Shown here: piece by piece, positions 28,580-38,880 of the stretch
Position numbering within the stretch: the first letter of the stretch is position 1
Layout of the letters: each line of letters opens with the position of its first letter
Assembly (NCBI GenBank): GCA_041690395.1
Contig: JAWLHJ010000004.1
Span: 128,001-192,000, forward strand
Direction: 5' to 3'
Length of the DNA stretch: 64,000 nt
Source: Longimicrobiales bacterium
Lineage (GTDB): Bacteria; Gemmatimonadota; Gemmatimonadetes; Longimicrobiales; Gaopeijiaceae
Notes under the pieces: generated by a model
Database searches by the model: none
What the model saw: the letters and a program-made list of their open reading frames with translations, nothing else
Told to the model about the DNA's origin: nothing
Position numbers and translations under genes: made by a program

Positions 28580-30706
28580 TTAGCCGAAGATCCCGGTGAT
28601 GAAGTCCGCGAGCCATGTGGTGGCGTCCGGATCGACGTCGATGCCGTGCACCCGCGCGAACCACGGCGCGAGCACGAGCGCCACCACGCTCATCAGCTTG
28701 ATGAGGATGTTGAGCGAGGGACCGGACGTGTCCTTGAACGGATCGCCCACAGTGTCACCGACGACCGCCGCCTTGTGGGCGTCGGACCCCTTTCCGCCGT
28801 GCGCGCCGCCCTCGATGTACTTCTTCGCGTTGTCCCACGCGCCCCCGGCGTTGGCCATGAACAGCGCCATGAGCACGCCGGTCACGGTCGCACCGGCGAG
28901 CAGGCCGCCGAGCGCCTCGACGCCGAGGAAGTATCCTACGACGACCGGGGCGAAGACCGCGGTGACGCCCGGAAGCACCATCTCGCGAAGCGCGGCACGG
29001 GTGGAGATGTCGACGCAGCGCGCCGAGTCGGGCTTGGCCGTTCCTTCCATGATGCCCGGGATCTCCCGGAACTGGCGCCGGACTTCCTCGACCATGCCGG
29101 CAGCGGCGCGGCCCACGGCCGTCATCGTGAGCGCAGCCACGAAGAACGGTAGCGCGCCCCCGAGGAACAGCCCCACCACCACGACCGGATCGACAATGTC
29201 GATGCCGGTCGTCTGGAGTCCGACCTTCGACGAGTAGGCGCTGAACAGGGCGAGCGCGGTCAGCGCCGCCGAGCCGATCGCGAAGCCCTTACCTATCGCC
29301 GCGGTCGTGTTACCGATCGCGTCGAGCGAGTCGGTGATCGCGCGGGTCTCGGGGCCGAGGCCGGCCATCTCGCTGATGCCACCCGCGTTGTCCGCGATCG
29401 GTCCGTACGCGTCGACCGACATGGTTACGCCGACCGTGGCGAGCATGCCGACGGCCGCGATGCCGATCCCGTACAGACCGGCGAAGAAGAAGGAGACGCC
29501 GATCGCGATGCAGATCAGGATGACCGGAATGACGGTCGACTCCATCCCGATCGCGAGGCCCGTGATGATGTTCGTCGCCGCGCCCGTCTCGCTGGACTGG
29601 GCGATCTTCTTGACCGGCCCGAACGCCGTGTAGTACTCGGTCACGAGGCCGATCGAGATCCCGACGAGCGTACCGGCCACGAGCGCGATCCAGGGGCCGA
29701 TCGCGGGATAGACCCGACCGGACGCGGCTTCGGCGAACGTGATGCCGAGCGACTGGATCACGAAGAACATGATCGCCAGGAAGAGCCCCGCCGCGATGAA
29801 CGTCACGTTGCGGAGCGCGGCGGCCGGGTTGGTCCGCTCCAGCATCTTCATCATGCCGATGCCGAGCAGGGAGGCGAGGAGCCCCACCATGACCGTGATG
29901 ATCGGGAGTGCCACGGCCTCGGCGCGGTGCGCCACCAGTACCGGGGCGGTCGCCGCGATGGCGATGGTCGCCACGATCGAGCCGACGTAAGACTCGAAGA
30001 TGTCCGCGCCCATGCCGGCCACGTCACCGACGTTGTCACCCACGTTGTCGGCGATGGTCGCCGGGTTCCGGGGATCATCCTCCGGGATACCCGCCTCGAC
30101 CTTACCCACCAGGTCCGCACCCACGTCGGCCGCCTTCGTGTAGATGCCGCCGCCGACCCGCGCGAAGAGCGCGATCGTGCTGGCGCCCATCGCGAAGCCG
30201 GAGATGATCTCGGCGAAGTTCGAGAAGTCGAGCCCGGTGATCGCGTCCGCGGCGTAGAGCGCGTAGAGGACGCCCAGACCGAGCAACCCGAGAGACGCCA
30301 CGGCCAGCCCCATCACCGCGCCTCCGAAGAACGCGATCCGGAGCGCCTTGCCCTGACCCTCGGTGTTCGCCGCGGCCGACGTGCGGGTGTTGGCTCGCGT
30401 CGCCGCCTTCATGCCGATGAACCCGGCCGCGACCGAGCTGATGGCGCCGAAGACATACGCGATCGCAGGCATCGTGCCGATGGCGAGACTCAGCAGCACC
30501 GCGACGATGGCCACGAACACCGCGAGCACCGAGTACTCGCGGCGCAGGAAGGCCATCGCGCCGTCGTGGATCTGCTCCCCGAGGTCGATCATGACCTCGT
30601 TTCCGGGAGGCTGCTTCTTCACGTAGCCGTAGATGAACAGCGCGACGCCGAGTCCGGCGGCGCCGAGAATCCACGCCCAGTTGGTGAATACGACGAGGTC
30701 GGTCAT
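28580..30706 (-). CDS. hppA: Membrane-integral ion-pumping pyrophosphatase (K+-dependent, probably Na+)
   Basis: [59 protein letters not shown]. Confidence 0.95.
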   Translation of the reverse strand: MTDLVVFTNWAWILGAAGLGVALFIYGYVKKQPPGNEVMIDLGEQIHDGAMAFLRREYSVLAVFVAIVAVLLSLAIGTMPAIAYVFGAISSVAAGFIGMKAATRANTRTSAAANTEGQGKALRIAFFGGAVMGLAVASLGLLGLGVLYALYAADAITGLDFSNFAEIISGFAMGASTIALFARVGGGIYTKAADVGADLVGKVEAGIPEDDPRNPATIADNVGDNVGDVAGMGADIFESYVGSIVATIAIAATAPVLVAHRAEAVALPIITVMVGLLASLLGIGMMKMLERTNPAAALRNVTFIAAGLFLAIMFFVIQSLGITFAEAASGRVYPAIGPWIALVAGTLVGISIGLVTEYYTAFGPVKKIAQSSETGAATNIITGLAIGMESTVIPVILICIAIGVSFFFAGLYGIGIAAVGMLATVGVTMSVDAYGPIADNAGGISEMAGLGPETRAITDSLDAIGNTTAAIGKGFAIGSAALTALALFSAYSSKVGLQTTGIDIVDPVVVVGLFLGGALPFFVAALTMTAVGRAAAGMVEEVRRQFREIPGIMEGTAKPDSARCVDISTRAALREMVLPGVTAVFAPVVVGYFLGVEALGGLLAGATVTGVLMALFMANAGGAWDNAKKYIEGGAHGGKGSDAHKAAVVGDTVGDPFKDTSGPSLNILIKLMSVVALVLAPWFARVHGIDVDPDATTWLADFITGIFG

Positions 30707-30795
30707 GGGATCAGTCTTCCCCTGTTCGTCCGTCTCTAGGAATCGATGGAACCGTGCTTACCGTGGGCGCCACGCTCTCGCGTGAGGCGTCCCCG

Positions 30796-31359
30796 CTAGC
30801 GATTGAAGCGGTTCATGGCCGCTTCCACGCCCTCCGTCATCCAGACTTCGACTGCCTCCGTGAGCTCGGGCAGCAGTCCGACCACCACATCTTCGTCCTC
30901 TGCCGGCATCGGCGACAGGACCCAATCCGCCAGATCCACGCCACTCGGCCGCTGACCGACTCCGATGCGGAGTCGCGCGTAATCGTCCGAGCGCAGCGCG
31001 CCCGACACCGATTTGAGCCCGTTGTGCCCCCCCGCGCTTCCGGAGGGGCGCAACCGGACCCGTCCCACGTCGATCGCGGCGTCGTCCACCACGACCAGCA
31101 GATCGGTTTCCGGATCGAAGCCGTCCAGGTCCTCGAGGACCCTCAGTGCCGCCCCGCTCCGGTTCATGTATGTCGTGGGCTTCAGGAGCATCACACGCTC
31201 TTCGCCCACCGTTCCCTCCGTCGTCCAGGCCGGCCCGCTGCGCCGAAACGACGGTAGGTCCCAGTCGTAGGCCAGTCGGTCCACGAGCCACCACCCGACG
31301 TTGTGCCGGGTGGCGTCGTAGTCCGGGCCCGGGTTTCCGAGCCCCAGCACGATCTTCAC
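30796..31359 (-). CDS. pth: Peptidyl-tRNA hydrolase
   Basis: GLGNPG..Y..TRHNVG, KPTTYMNRSG, GGHNGLKS, RLRIGVG. Confidence 0.97.
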   Translation of the reverse strand: MKIVLGLGNPGPDYDATRHNVGWWLVDRLAYDWDLPSFRRSGPAWTTEGTVGEERVMLLKPTTYMNRSGAALRVLEDLDGFDPETDLLVVVDDAAIDVGRVRLRPSGSAGGHNGLKSVSGALRSDDYARLRIGVGQRPSGVDLADWVLSPMPAEDEDVVVGLLPELTEAVEVWMTEGVEAAMNRFNR

Positions 31360-31395
31360 GATCCGGACCGGCCTCGAGCGACTGCCAGCGCGAGC

Positions 31396-32076
31396 CTACT
31401 CCTCGCTCTCGCCTTCCTCGCCCTCGCCCTCGGACTCCTCGGCCGCTTCCTCGCCCTCGAGCTCCAACTCGTCCTCGAGCTCGTCCTCGTCCTCGTCCTC
31501 TTCGATGAGGGCACGCGGCACGGAGACCGAGCAGACCGTCCGCTCGCCGGGCAGCTGGATCTCGACGCCTTCCTCGACCGGCAGATCGGACACGTGAAGA
31601 ACGTCGTTGAGGCCCATGCCCGACACGTCGAGCTCGATCGACTCCGGAATGGCGGACGGGATGCACGAGATCGGGATGTCGTGGATCGTCTGCTCGAGCA
31701 CGCCGCCCTCGTCCTTCACGCCGACAGGCGTACCGACGAGGTGCAGCGGTACGTTGACGTCGACCATGACCCCAGCCTGAATGCGGAGGAAGTCGACGTG
31801 CACCAGCGTCCCCTTCCAGGGGTGCGTCTGGATCTCACGCACCAGCGTCTGGTGGGGCTCCTTGTCGCCCTCGACCTGAAGCTGGATGATCGTGTTGTCC
31901 ACGGGGATCGAGCGGAACAGCAGGTCGGCCTCGTGGCCGTCCACCGCGATGTGGATGGCGTCCATGTCGCGGCCGTAGAGGACGGCGGGAATCTTGCCGG
32001 CCTGGCGGAGCTTACGCGCCACGCCCTTACCGGTACCTTCGCGCTTCTCGGCGCTCAACGTCACGTTCTTCAGCAT
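31396..32076 (-). CDS. rplY: 50S ribosomal protein bL25/CTC with acidic tail
   Basis: GKGVARKLRQAGKIPAVLYG, HVDF, GVKDEGGVL. Confidence 0.96.
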   Translation of the reverse strand: MLKNVTLSAEKREGTGKGVARKLRQAGKIPAVLYGRDMDAIHIAVDGHEADLLFRSIPVDNTIIQLQVEGDKEPHQTLVREIQTHPWKGTLVHVDFLRIQAGVMVDVNVPLHLVGTPVGVKDEGGVLEQTIHDIPISCIPSAIPESIELDVSGMGLNDVLHVSDLPVEEGVEIQLPGERTVCSVSVPRALIEEDEDEDELEDELELEGEEAAEESEGEGEEGESEE

Positions 32077-32132
32077 GTTTTCTTCTCTTCCTCTGATTGT
32101 CGGCCCTCGGGCTCGCCCCGAGGCCCTTTCCC

Positions 32133-33098
32133 TCAGTTGTCCGGAATCGCCTCGAAGAGCTGGCTCACCGACTCGTTCGAGTGCACGTGGTCGATCGCCT
32201 TCGACAGGAGATCCGCCACGGAGAGGATCTTGAGGTTCGGGAACCTCTTCTCCTCCGGGATGTGGATCGTGTTGGTCACCACCATCTCTTCGAGAGGGGC
32301 GGAGCTCAACCGCTCCACGGCCGGGCCCGAAAACAGCGCGTGGGTTGCTGCGGCGTACACCCGGGACGCCCCGCGATCCTTCAACGCGTGCACGGCATTG
32401 GCCAGCGTGCCCGCGGTATCCACCATGTCGTCGACGATCAGGCAGTTCATCCCCTCGACCTCGCCGACCACGTTCAGGACCTCCGACATGTTCGCCTTCG
32501 GACGGCGCTTGTCGATGATCGCGAAGGTGGCGTCGAGACGGCGCGCGTAGCCGCGGGCCATCTTGGCCGATCCGACGTCGGGGGCGACCACCACCAGGTT
32601 GTCGAGCTCGAGGTTCCGGAAGTACTGCGTGAAGACCGGCGCCGCGTAGAGGTGGTCCACCGGGATGTCGAAGAACCCCTGGATCTGGTGCTGGTGGAAG
32701 TCGATCGAGATCACCCGGTCGGCACCGGCGGCGACGATGAGGTTGGCCACCAGCTTTGCGCCGATGGCGACGCGGGGCTGGTCTTTCCGGTCCTGGCGGC
32801 CGTAGCCGAAGTACGGGATGACCGCCGTGACCCGGGCCGCCGAGGCGCGCTTCGCCGCGTCGATGAGGAGCACGAGCTCCATGATGTTCTCGGCCGGCGA
32901 GTTCGTGGACTGGATGATGAAGACATCCCGTCCGCGCGCGTTGCGGTCGATCCGAACGAAGATCTCTCCGTCCGCGAACTTCTTGATCGTCGCCCCATCC
33001 GGAGACTTCCCGATCTGCTCCCCGATCTCGACGGCGAGAGGTCGGTTGGCGCGGCCGCTCAGCAGGAGAAGCGGGCCTCTCCCGTAGGTGTCGTCCAT
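32133..33098 (-). CDS. prs: Ribose-phosphate pyrophosphokinase
   Basis: FADGE, PYFGYGRQDRK, VAPDVG, VDDMVDTAGT. Confidence 0.97.
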   Translation of the reverse strand: MDDTYGRGPLLLLSGRANRPLAVEIGEQIGKSPDGATIKKFADGEIFVRIDRNARGRDVFIIQSTNSPAENIMELVLLIDAAKRASAARVTAVIPYFGYGRQDRKDQPRVAIGAKLVANLIVAAGADRVISIDFHQHQIQGFFDIPVDHLYAAPVFTQYFRNLELDNLVVVAPDVGSAKMARGYARRLDATFAIIDKRRPKANMSEVLNVVGEVEGMNCLIVDDMVDTAGTLANAVHALKDRGASRVYAAATHALFSGPAVERLSSAPLEEMVVTNTIHIPEEKRFPNLKILSVADLLSKAIDHVHSNESVSQLFEAIPDN

Positions 33099-33141
33099 GG
33101 CTCGGAGTGTGGGGTGCGGATCAGGTGGACCAGAGCCCGAG

Positions 33142-33170
33142 AAGCTAGAAAGGACCAGCCCTAGGGTCAA
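33142..33170 (-). promoter_or_regulatory. Putative prs promoter
   Basis: TTGACC-N17-TAGCTT; the -35 overlaps the stop of the upstream gene. Confidence 0.6.
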
Positions 33171-35014
33171 CGTGGCGCGAGAGCCCGCACCTGGAAGGTC
33201 CGGGTGGCGGTCACTGGCTCCCGTCCCGCGGTCCGGAGCCGCAGACGCACCTCGTAACGCCCTGGCGCCAGGTCGGGGAGCTCCAGATCGACGGCGCGGA
33301 ACAACGGACCCGGCTCGTCGGGTCCCGCCTCCTCCCAGCCGAGCGTGAGCGGTCGAGGAGGGTCGGACAGCCCGACCAGGCCGCCCAACCGCTGGAGCAG
33401 GCTCCGGTCGAGGCGCTCGACCGAGAGATCGAAGGCCAGCGTCTCCGGCCGGAAGCCCAGGCCCGTGAGCTCCCATGCGATCCCCACGCTCTCCCCCTCC
33501 CGGACCGACGGGCGCGCCAGCGCCCGAGGCAACGCCTCGTCGAGCGACGCCGGGACGGGATCGTGGGCATCGACCAAGAGGAGGTCCGAGAGCACGGGCA
33601 GGTCTTCCGGGACCGGTGTGTGCGCCACGCCTCGACGGAGCCGTCCCGCGAGCCGTCGGGACGGGCTCCATGTCTCCACGGAAAGCACGTGGCTCCCGGA
33701 GGGGCCCTCCACACGGAGCGCTCCCTCGGCGCCGTCGACCTCCTGTGCGACGGTCACCTCGCCCGACGAGGCATCCAGGAGGAAGAGCCCTGCCCTGTCG
33801 GGAAGATCCGCCTGGTCGCCCGGCTCCGACCACGGCCGCGGGATCCCCTCGCGAGCGCGGCGCGTCGTATCCGCCGGCAGGTAGTGCGTCGCCACGACGG
33901 TGAAGGTCGGTCCGCGCGGGAAGACGGCGACCTGACCCTCCATCGGGAGGACGACCGGAGCATAGGGCGGCGCGTACAGGCTACGGGGGCGGGTCCGCGC
34001 GGCCACGTAGTCGTCCGGCACGGCGCTCGCCGGGTCGACCAGCACCCGTCCGGGCGGCAGGTAGTCGCGACCGTCCGGGTGCTTCCGGCCCACGATCCGG
34101 TCGCGCTCCGTCACGCGCCTGCTCGGCTCACGCTCCCAGCCGATCTCCCACCCGTGACGCACCAGGAGCTCCTCGAGGTCGCGCCCCCACGAGATCCCGT
34201 ACGGTGTGCGCGAGCCGTCCCGGAGCGTGGCCACCGTCCAGCGGGCGAAGTGGGCCGTCTTCCGGTCGTTCCCCTCGACCAGATGGAGCGGGTCGGCGAG
34301 CCTCCAGAGCCGGTCGGTCGTCCGGGCCACCGAGTCCGTGGTGGTCGTCCGGAGCTCTTCGAGGAAGTCGTGAGCGTCTCCGTCGACCGCGCGCACCGGG
34401 ACCCGCCAGTCCCAGGCCCGCTCGAGGTCCATCTCGTAGATCGCCACGTCGAAGGCCCGCTCGGCCTCCACCCAGCGCCCGAGGCCGTGGAGGGCCAGCC
34501 CCTCGAGCGCCGCGCACCACCAGGTCTCCTGGGGCGGCCCGCACGACCGGGCGACCTCGAGCGCATCCTCCCAGGCTCCCCTCTCGGCGCGGTACCAGAC
34601 CCGGTGGCCGAAGATCCACCCGTCCGCGGGCGCCCCGTCCTGCAGAGAGTCGAGCTCGGCGATCAGTTGGCCTCGCATCGCGTCGATCTCCGGCGCCTCG
34701 GGCTCCGGCACCCAATCCCCCTCCCCGTACCAGGTGCAGAACCGGCCGACCGTCTCGTCACAGGGACCGCTCGATCCGCCGAAGGTCCGCGGAAAGTGGC
34801 GGCCCCGACGGATCTCGTAGCGTGCCTGGGCGGCCTGGGCGGCGCCGCGCACATCGCCCGGATCCGGCATCTCGACAATCGTGTCGACCGGGAGGTCGAC
34901 GCTCTGGGCGTGGGCCACACGGGGAGCCAACGGCCACGAAACAGGCAGAGCCGCGACCAGCAGGAGGCCGATCGCGCGCTTCGAAGGGGAGCGGGTCAGG
35001 ATACGTTGCTTCAC
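33167..35014 (-). CDS. Secreted hypothetical protein with a GWxTD-like segment and Ig-like C-terminus
   Basis: Signal peptide (AHA-Q); LWRLADP....GNDRKTAHFARW and SWGRDLEELLVRHGW resemble GWxTD domains; start codon uncertain (35014 or 35074). Confidence 0.6.
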   Translation of the reverse strand: MKQRILTRSPSKRAIGLLLVAALPVSWPLAPRVAHAQSVDLPVDTIVEMPDPGDVRGAAQAAQARYEIRRGRHFPRTFGGSSGPCDETVGRFCTWYGEGDWVPEPEAPEIDAMRGQLIAELDSLQDGAPADGWIFGHRVWYRAERGAWEDALEVARSCGPPQETWWCAALEGLALHGLGRWVEAERAFDVAIYEMDLERAWDWRVPVRAVDGDAHDFLEELRTTTTDSVARTTDRLWRLADPLHLVEGNDRKTAHFARWTVATLRDGSRTPYGISWGRDLEELLVRHGWEIGWEREPSRRVTERDRIVGRKHPDGRDYLPPGRVLVDPASAVPDDYVAARTRPRSLYAPPYAPVVLPMEGQVAVFPRGPTFTVVATHYLPADTTRRAREGIPRPWSEPGDQADLPDRAGLFLLDASSGEVTVAQEVDGAEGALRVEGPSGSHVLSVETWSPSRRLAGRLRRGVAHTPVPEDLPVLSDLLLVDAHDPVPASLDEALPRALARPSVREGESVGIAWELTGLGFRPETLAFDLSVERLDRSLLQRLGGLVGLSDPPRPLTLGWEEAGPDEPGPLFRAVDLELPDLAPGRYEVRLRLRTAGREPVTATRTFQVRALAPR

Positions 35015-35105
35015 ACTCCCGAGAATGCGCGGACCGAGGCTCGCGCGCCACCAGCCGCCACTCGACATCGACACCGACGGACGCGACCGGGCCGCGGAGG
35101 GAGGA

Positions 35106-35176
35106 TTGGCCCGGGTGGATTCGAACCACCACCGCCGGTTCCAAAGACCGGTGTCCTGCCATTAGACGACGGGCCA
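35106..35176 (-). tRNA. tRNA-Gln (anticodon UUG), CCA not encoded
   Basis: TGGCCCG/CGGGCCA acceptor stem, CCGGT-CTTTGGA-ACCGG anticodon arm, GGTTCGAATCC T arm. Confidence 0.97.
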
Positions 35177-35210
35177 GCACGCACATCCTACCGGAGAACG
35201 ACGTCCGCGT

Positions 35211-36161
35211 TCAAGGCCCGTCCGGCGGTGGGTCGCTCTCATGCCGCGCTCGGGACGCCGCATCCCGAGGCTCGGCATCCACGTCTCGGCTCGGGCCGGG
35301 CCACTGCGTCAGGGTCCGCGCAGCGACGAACGGCCAGCCGAGCTCGAGCGTGAGCTCGTCGGCCACGCGCTCGGCGGCCTCACGGTTCGGGAAGAACCCG
35401 AAGGACGCCGCCCCGCTGCCCGAGAGCAGCGCCCCGGACGCGCCGGCCTCCTCGAGCGCGCTCAAGGACCGCGCGACCTCCGGGTGCGCCGCGGCCACGA
35501 CGGGCTGGAAGTCGTTCACCAGCCCGGCGAGAACGGAACCCCAGTCGGACGGAGCACCCTCTCTTCCGCTGGGCCCCCCGCCGGCTGCGGGCTTCCACGC
35601 CCGTCGGCCGAGCGCCTTGTAGGCCTCCGCCGTGGACATGTGCACACCAGGGAGAGCGAGCACGAGGTCCGCCGCCGGCAGCGCTCGGTACGGCGTGAGG
35701 ACCTCGCCACGGCCCGTGCCCTTCGCCAGCGGGCTCGCGCCGAGGAAGAAGGGGACGTCGGATCCGAGCTTCGCGCCCAGACGCATGAGCTCCCCGGGAG
35801 GCGGCGGGAACGGGGACAGCCACGAAAGCGCCCTCAGGACCGCGGCGGCGTCCGACGACCCGCCCCCCATCCCCGCCCCGGCCGGAACCCATTTGGTGAG
35901 CTCGATGTGCACCCCCTGCGTCTCCCCGAACGCCTCGAGGAAGAGCTCGGCCGCTCGGTAGGCGAGGTTCTTCTCGGTCGGACCGAGATCCGGTCCCCGC
36001 ACCTCGAGTGAGAGACCCCGGCCGCCACGACTCACCCTCAGCTCGTCACCCAGGTCGAGTGCCTGGAACAGCGTCCGGATCTCGTGGAAGCCGTCCTCGC
36101 GCCGGCCGAGTACCCGGAGCGACAGATTCACCTTTGCGGGCGCGGCGACCCGGAGGCTCAC
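35211..36161 (-). CDS. ispE: 4-diphosphocytidyl-2-C-methyl-D-erythritol kinase
   Basis: APAKVNLSL, DGFHEI, PAGAGMGGGSSDAA, LGSDVPFF, LSGSG. Confidence 0.95.
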   Translation of the reverse strand: MSLRVAAPAKVNLSLRVLGRREDGFHEIRTLFQALDLGDELRVSRGGRGLSLEVRGPDLGPTEKNLAYRAAELFLEAFGETQGVHIELTKWVPAGAGMGGGSSDAAAVLRALSWLSPFPPPPGELMRLGAKLGSDVPFFLGASPLAKGTGRGEVLTPYRALPAADLVLALPGVHMSTAEAYKALGRRAWKPAAGGGPSGREGAPSDWGSVLAGLVNDFQPVVAAAHPEVARSLSALEEAGASGALLSGSGAASFGFFPNREAAERVADELTLELGWPFVAARTLTQWPGPSRDVDAEPRDAASRARHESDPPPDGP

Positions 36162-37261
36162 GGCCCGGGCGCTCCGTCCCGGACTTCGGGCCCATCCCCG
36201 CCCTCGGCGACCTCGAGCGCGGTCAGGCCGATCTCCTGCTCTACCGCATCCTCGACCCGCTCCTCGGCCGCGCCCATCTCGCTCACCGACAGCCCGAGCC
36301 GCCACGTGTACCAGAGCCCGATGAGCGTGATCGGGATCCATCCGCCGAAGTGGTAGCCGAAGGCGAACGCCAACGACTCGGCCTCCGCGACACCGTATAC
36401 ATCGCTGAGGGCGAACTTGGCCGCCGCGTGGAACGTCCCGAAGAACCCGGGCGCCGACGGGATGGCCACGCCGAACCCGACCACGGCCTCGGTGAAGATC
36501 GCCGACACGAAGCCCGTGTCGATGCCGAAAGCCAACATCCCGAGCCAGAACGACAGCCCGTGCCAGGTCCAGAAGAAGAGCGACCAGAGAGCCCCGGCTA
36601 CCAGGAGCCTGGGCCGACGCAGGATCGCCACCGAATCGAGGAACGCCTCGAGCGAATCGACGAGCGGACGGGCGACGGCCTCCGGAAGGAAGCGCGCGAC
36701 CCGCTCGACAGTCCGCACGAACGGGGCCGGCCAGACCGAGAGCCAGATCAGCAGTGCGAGCACGGCCAGGACGGCGAGGACGCCGGCCCGGAGCAGCGCG
36801 CTACCCCACCCCTCCGTGAGCGCTCCGGCCGCTGGGAATCCCGGCGTGAGCACCGGCAGCACGAGGAAGAGCAACAGGATGATCCCGTCCATCAGCCGCT
36901 CGACGACGAGCGAGCCCAGGGCGGCCGGCGCGCTGACGGGCTCCATGCGGCTGAACGCGTAGGCCCGGGCGAACTCTCCGACCCTGGCCGGGAGCACGTT
37001 GTTCATCATGAACCCGATCGAGACGCTGGCGAAGCGCGATCGGAGCTTCGTGTCGGGCTTCACCGGCACGAGGAGAACGCGCCAGCGGAGCGCCCGGATG
37101 AAGAAGCCGAACGTGGCGACGAACACCGACGCGCCGAGCAGCCAGAAGTTGCCCCGGCGGATGTTGGCCCATACTTCGGCGAACGCCACGTCGGCGAGCG
37201 CCCACCAGAGCAACAGGCCCGTGACGACGAGCCCGAAGAGCGCCTTCCCCCAGTGCTTCAC
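36158..37261 (-). CDS. Lysylphosphatidylglycerol synthase TM-domain (UPF0104) membrane protein
   Basis: [41 protein letters not shown]. Confidence 0.88.
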   Translation of the reverse strand: MKHWGKALFGLVVTGLLLWWALADVAFAEVWANIRRGNFWLLGASVFVATFGFFIRALRWRVLLVPVKPDTKLRSRFASVSIGFMMNNVLPARVGEFARAYAFSRMEPVSAPAALGSLVVERLMDGIILLLFLVLPVLTPGFPAAGALTEGWGSALLRAGVLAVLAVLALLIWLSVWPAPFVRTVERVARFLPEAVARPLVDSLEAFLDSVAILRRPRLLVAGALWSLFFWTWHGLSFWLGMLAFGIDTGFVSAIFTEAVVGFGVAIPSAPGFFGTFHAAAKFALSDVYGVAEAESLAFAFGYHFGGWIPITLIGLWYTWRLGLSVSEMGAAEERVEDAVEQEIGLTALEVAEGGDGPEVRDGAPGP

Positions 37262-37992
37262 GTGCCGACGCGGGCCCTGCGAATGAGCTCGGCCATGTCC
37301 CTCACCGCGCGCTCGATGCCCGTGAAGATGGAGCGGGACACGATGCTGTGCCCGATGTTGAGCTCCTCGATCTCGGGGATGGCCGCCACAGGTGTGACGT
37401 TCTCGTAGGTGAGCCCGTGGCCGGCGTGCACCGCGACGCCCAGCTCCCGGCCGAGCGCGGCGGCACGGGCGAGGCGGTCACGCTGTGCCGCGTGCGCGAG
37501 GGCGTCGGCCGCGTTCGCATACTCGCCCGTGTGCAATTCGATGGCGTCGGCGCCGAGGTCGACGGACGCCCGAATGGCGTCCTCGTCGGGATCGATGAAG
37601 AGCGACGTACGCACACCGGCGTCGGCGAGCCGCTCGAGCGCGGGGCGGACCCAGGCCAGGGTCCGCTCGGACGTCAGGTCCAGACCGCCCTCCGTCGTGA
37701 TCTCCTCGCGCTTCTCCGGCACGAGTGTGGCCTGCATGGGCCGAAGAGAGCACGTCAGCTCCAGGATCTCAGAGGCGCCCGCGAGCTCCAGGTTCACGCC
37801 TGTCCGGGAGGTCTCCGTCAGAAGCCGGACGTCGCGGTCCTGGATGTGCCTCCGGTCCTCCCGCAGGTGGACCGTGATGCCGTCCGCGCCGCCGAGCTCG
37901 GCCAGCACCACCGCCCGCACCGGATCGGGCTCGTCGGTCCGTCGCGCCTGACGGACCGTCGCGACGTGATCGATGTTCACGTAGAACCTCAT
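37258..37992 (-). CDS. pdxJ: Pyridoxine 5'-phosphate synthase
   Basis: [45 protein letters not shown]. Confidence 0.97.
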   Translation of the reverse strand: MRFYVNIDHVATVRQARRTDEPDPVRAVVLAELGGADGITVHLREDRRHIQDRDVRLLTETSRTGVNLELAGASEILELTCSLRPMQATLVPEKREEITTEGGLDLTSERTLAWVRPALERLADAGVRTSLFIDPDEDAIRASVDLGADAIELHTGEYANAADALAHAAQRDRLARAAALGRELGVAVHAGHGLTYENVTPVAAIPEIEELNIGHSIVSRSIFTGIERAVRDMAELIRRARVGT

Positions 37993-38019
37993 CCTCGACC
38001 CCACTTCTTCGGCACCGTT

Positions 38020-38880
38020 CTACTCCTGCGAGATGTGTTCGTAGGCCGGCACCGGCGTGGCGTCGGCTTCGCGGTCACGGATTCTCCGCCCGGCGATCGC
38101 CAGCAGCCACTCGTAGAGCTGGCGTTCTTCCCCCTCGAGCGCGCGCAGATGAACACCGGACGCGTCCGGATCCACGCGCGCCAGGACCGCGGCAAGAGCC
38201 TGGTCCACGCCGTGCTCCTGCACCTCGTCGAGCACGCTCCTCAGGAGCGGAACGAGCGCGGCGGCGGCTTCGTCGCCGGGCACACCGGCCTGCTCCAGCA
38301 ACGGAGCGATCGTCTCGATGAGGACCGGGATCGCCATGGAGGCACCGGCGACCGCCGCGTCGGCAGCCGCCCGTCGGGCGGCCGGAATGGTCACCACATA
38401 AGCTCCGATCAGCGACGCGAGCTCCGCGGCGGTGCGCGTGGCCTCGGGCGACGCCGTCACCCCGATCGCGGCCCCGCGGAAGCGGTCCGCGCCGAGCGGC
38501 GTTCCGGGCGCCAGCACCCAGGGGTGGAAGACGCCAACCTGGTAGCCGGCGGCGTGGAGCGGTGCAAGGACGTCGGTCGGGAGGGCGCCGGACAGGTGGA
38601 ACGCCGAGCACCCTTCGGGGGCGGGTCCCTGCGCGGCCACCTGATGCGCGACCTCGGGCATCGCGGCCTCGGGGACGGCCAGCAACACCGCCATACAGTG
38701 GCCCGCGACCGGCTCCAGCCCGTACACGTAGCGTACGTCCGGGGCCGAGAAGATCGGGTGCGCGGGCGGCTCGGGGCGACGACCGTACACGGTCACCTCC
38801 AGGAGCTCCTCCGAGCGTCGGAGAGCGTCGGCAAGGGCCAGCCCCATGCGTCCCGGCCCGACCACGGCGACGCTCCTCAC
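38020..38880 (-). CDS. Rossmann-like/DUF2520 oxidoreductase (PanG-like)
   Basis: VVGPGRMGLAL, LLAVP, HLSGAL, FHP. Confidence 0.75.
   Translation of the reverse strand: MRSVAVVGPGRMGLALADALRRSEELLEVTVYGRRPEPPAHPIFSAPDVRYVYGLEPVAGHCMAVLLAVPEAAMPEVAHQVAAQGPAPEGCSAFHLSGALPTDVLAPLHAAGYQVGVFHPWVLAPGTPLGADRFRGAAIGVTASPEATRTAAELASLIGAYVVTIPAARRAAADAAVAGASMAIPVLIETIAPLLEQAGVPGDEAAAALVPLLRSVLDEVQEHGVDQALAAVLARVDPDASGVHLRALEGEERQLYEWLLAIAGRRIRDREADATPVPAYEHISQE

Noticed and set aside
32133..33833. Long N-terminal extensions in the ORF track for prs, iscS, gmhA, ispE, maf, cca, yraN and hflX
   Set aside because: They overlap neighbouring genes and are low-complexity. Downstream starts match family N-termini and stop/start overlaps.
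35020..35176. tRNA-anchored genomic island
   Set aside because: No integrase, no duplicated tRNA 3' end and no evident compositional shift; the flanks are core genes.
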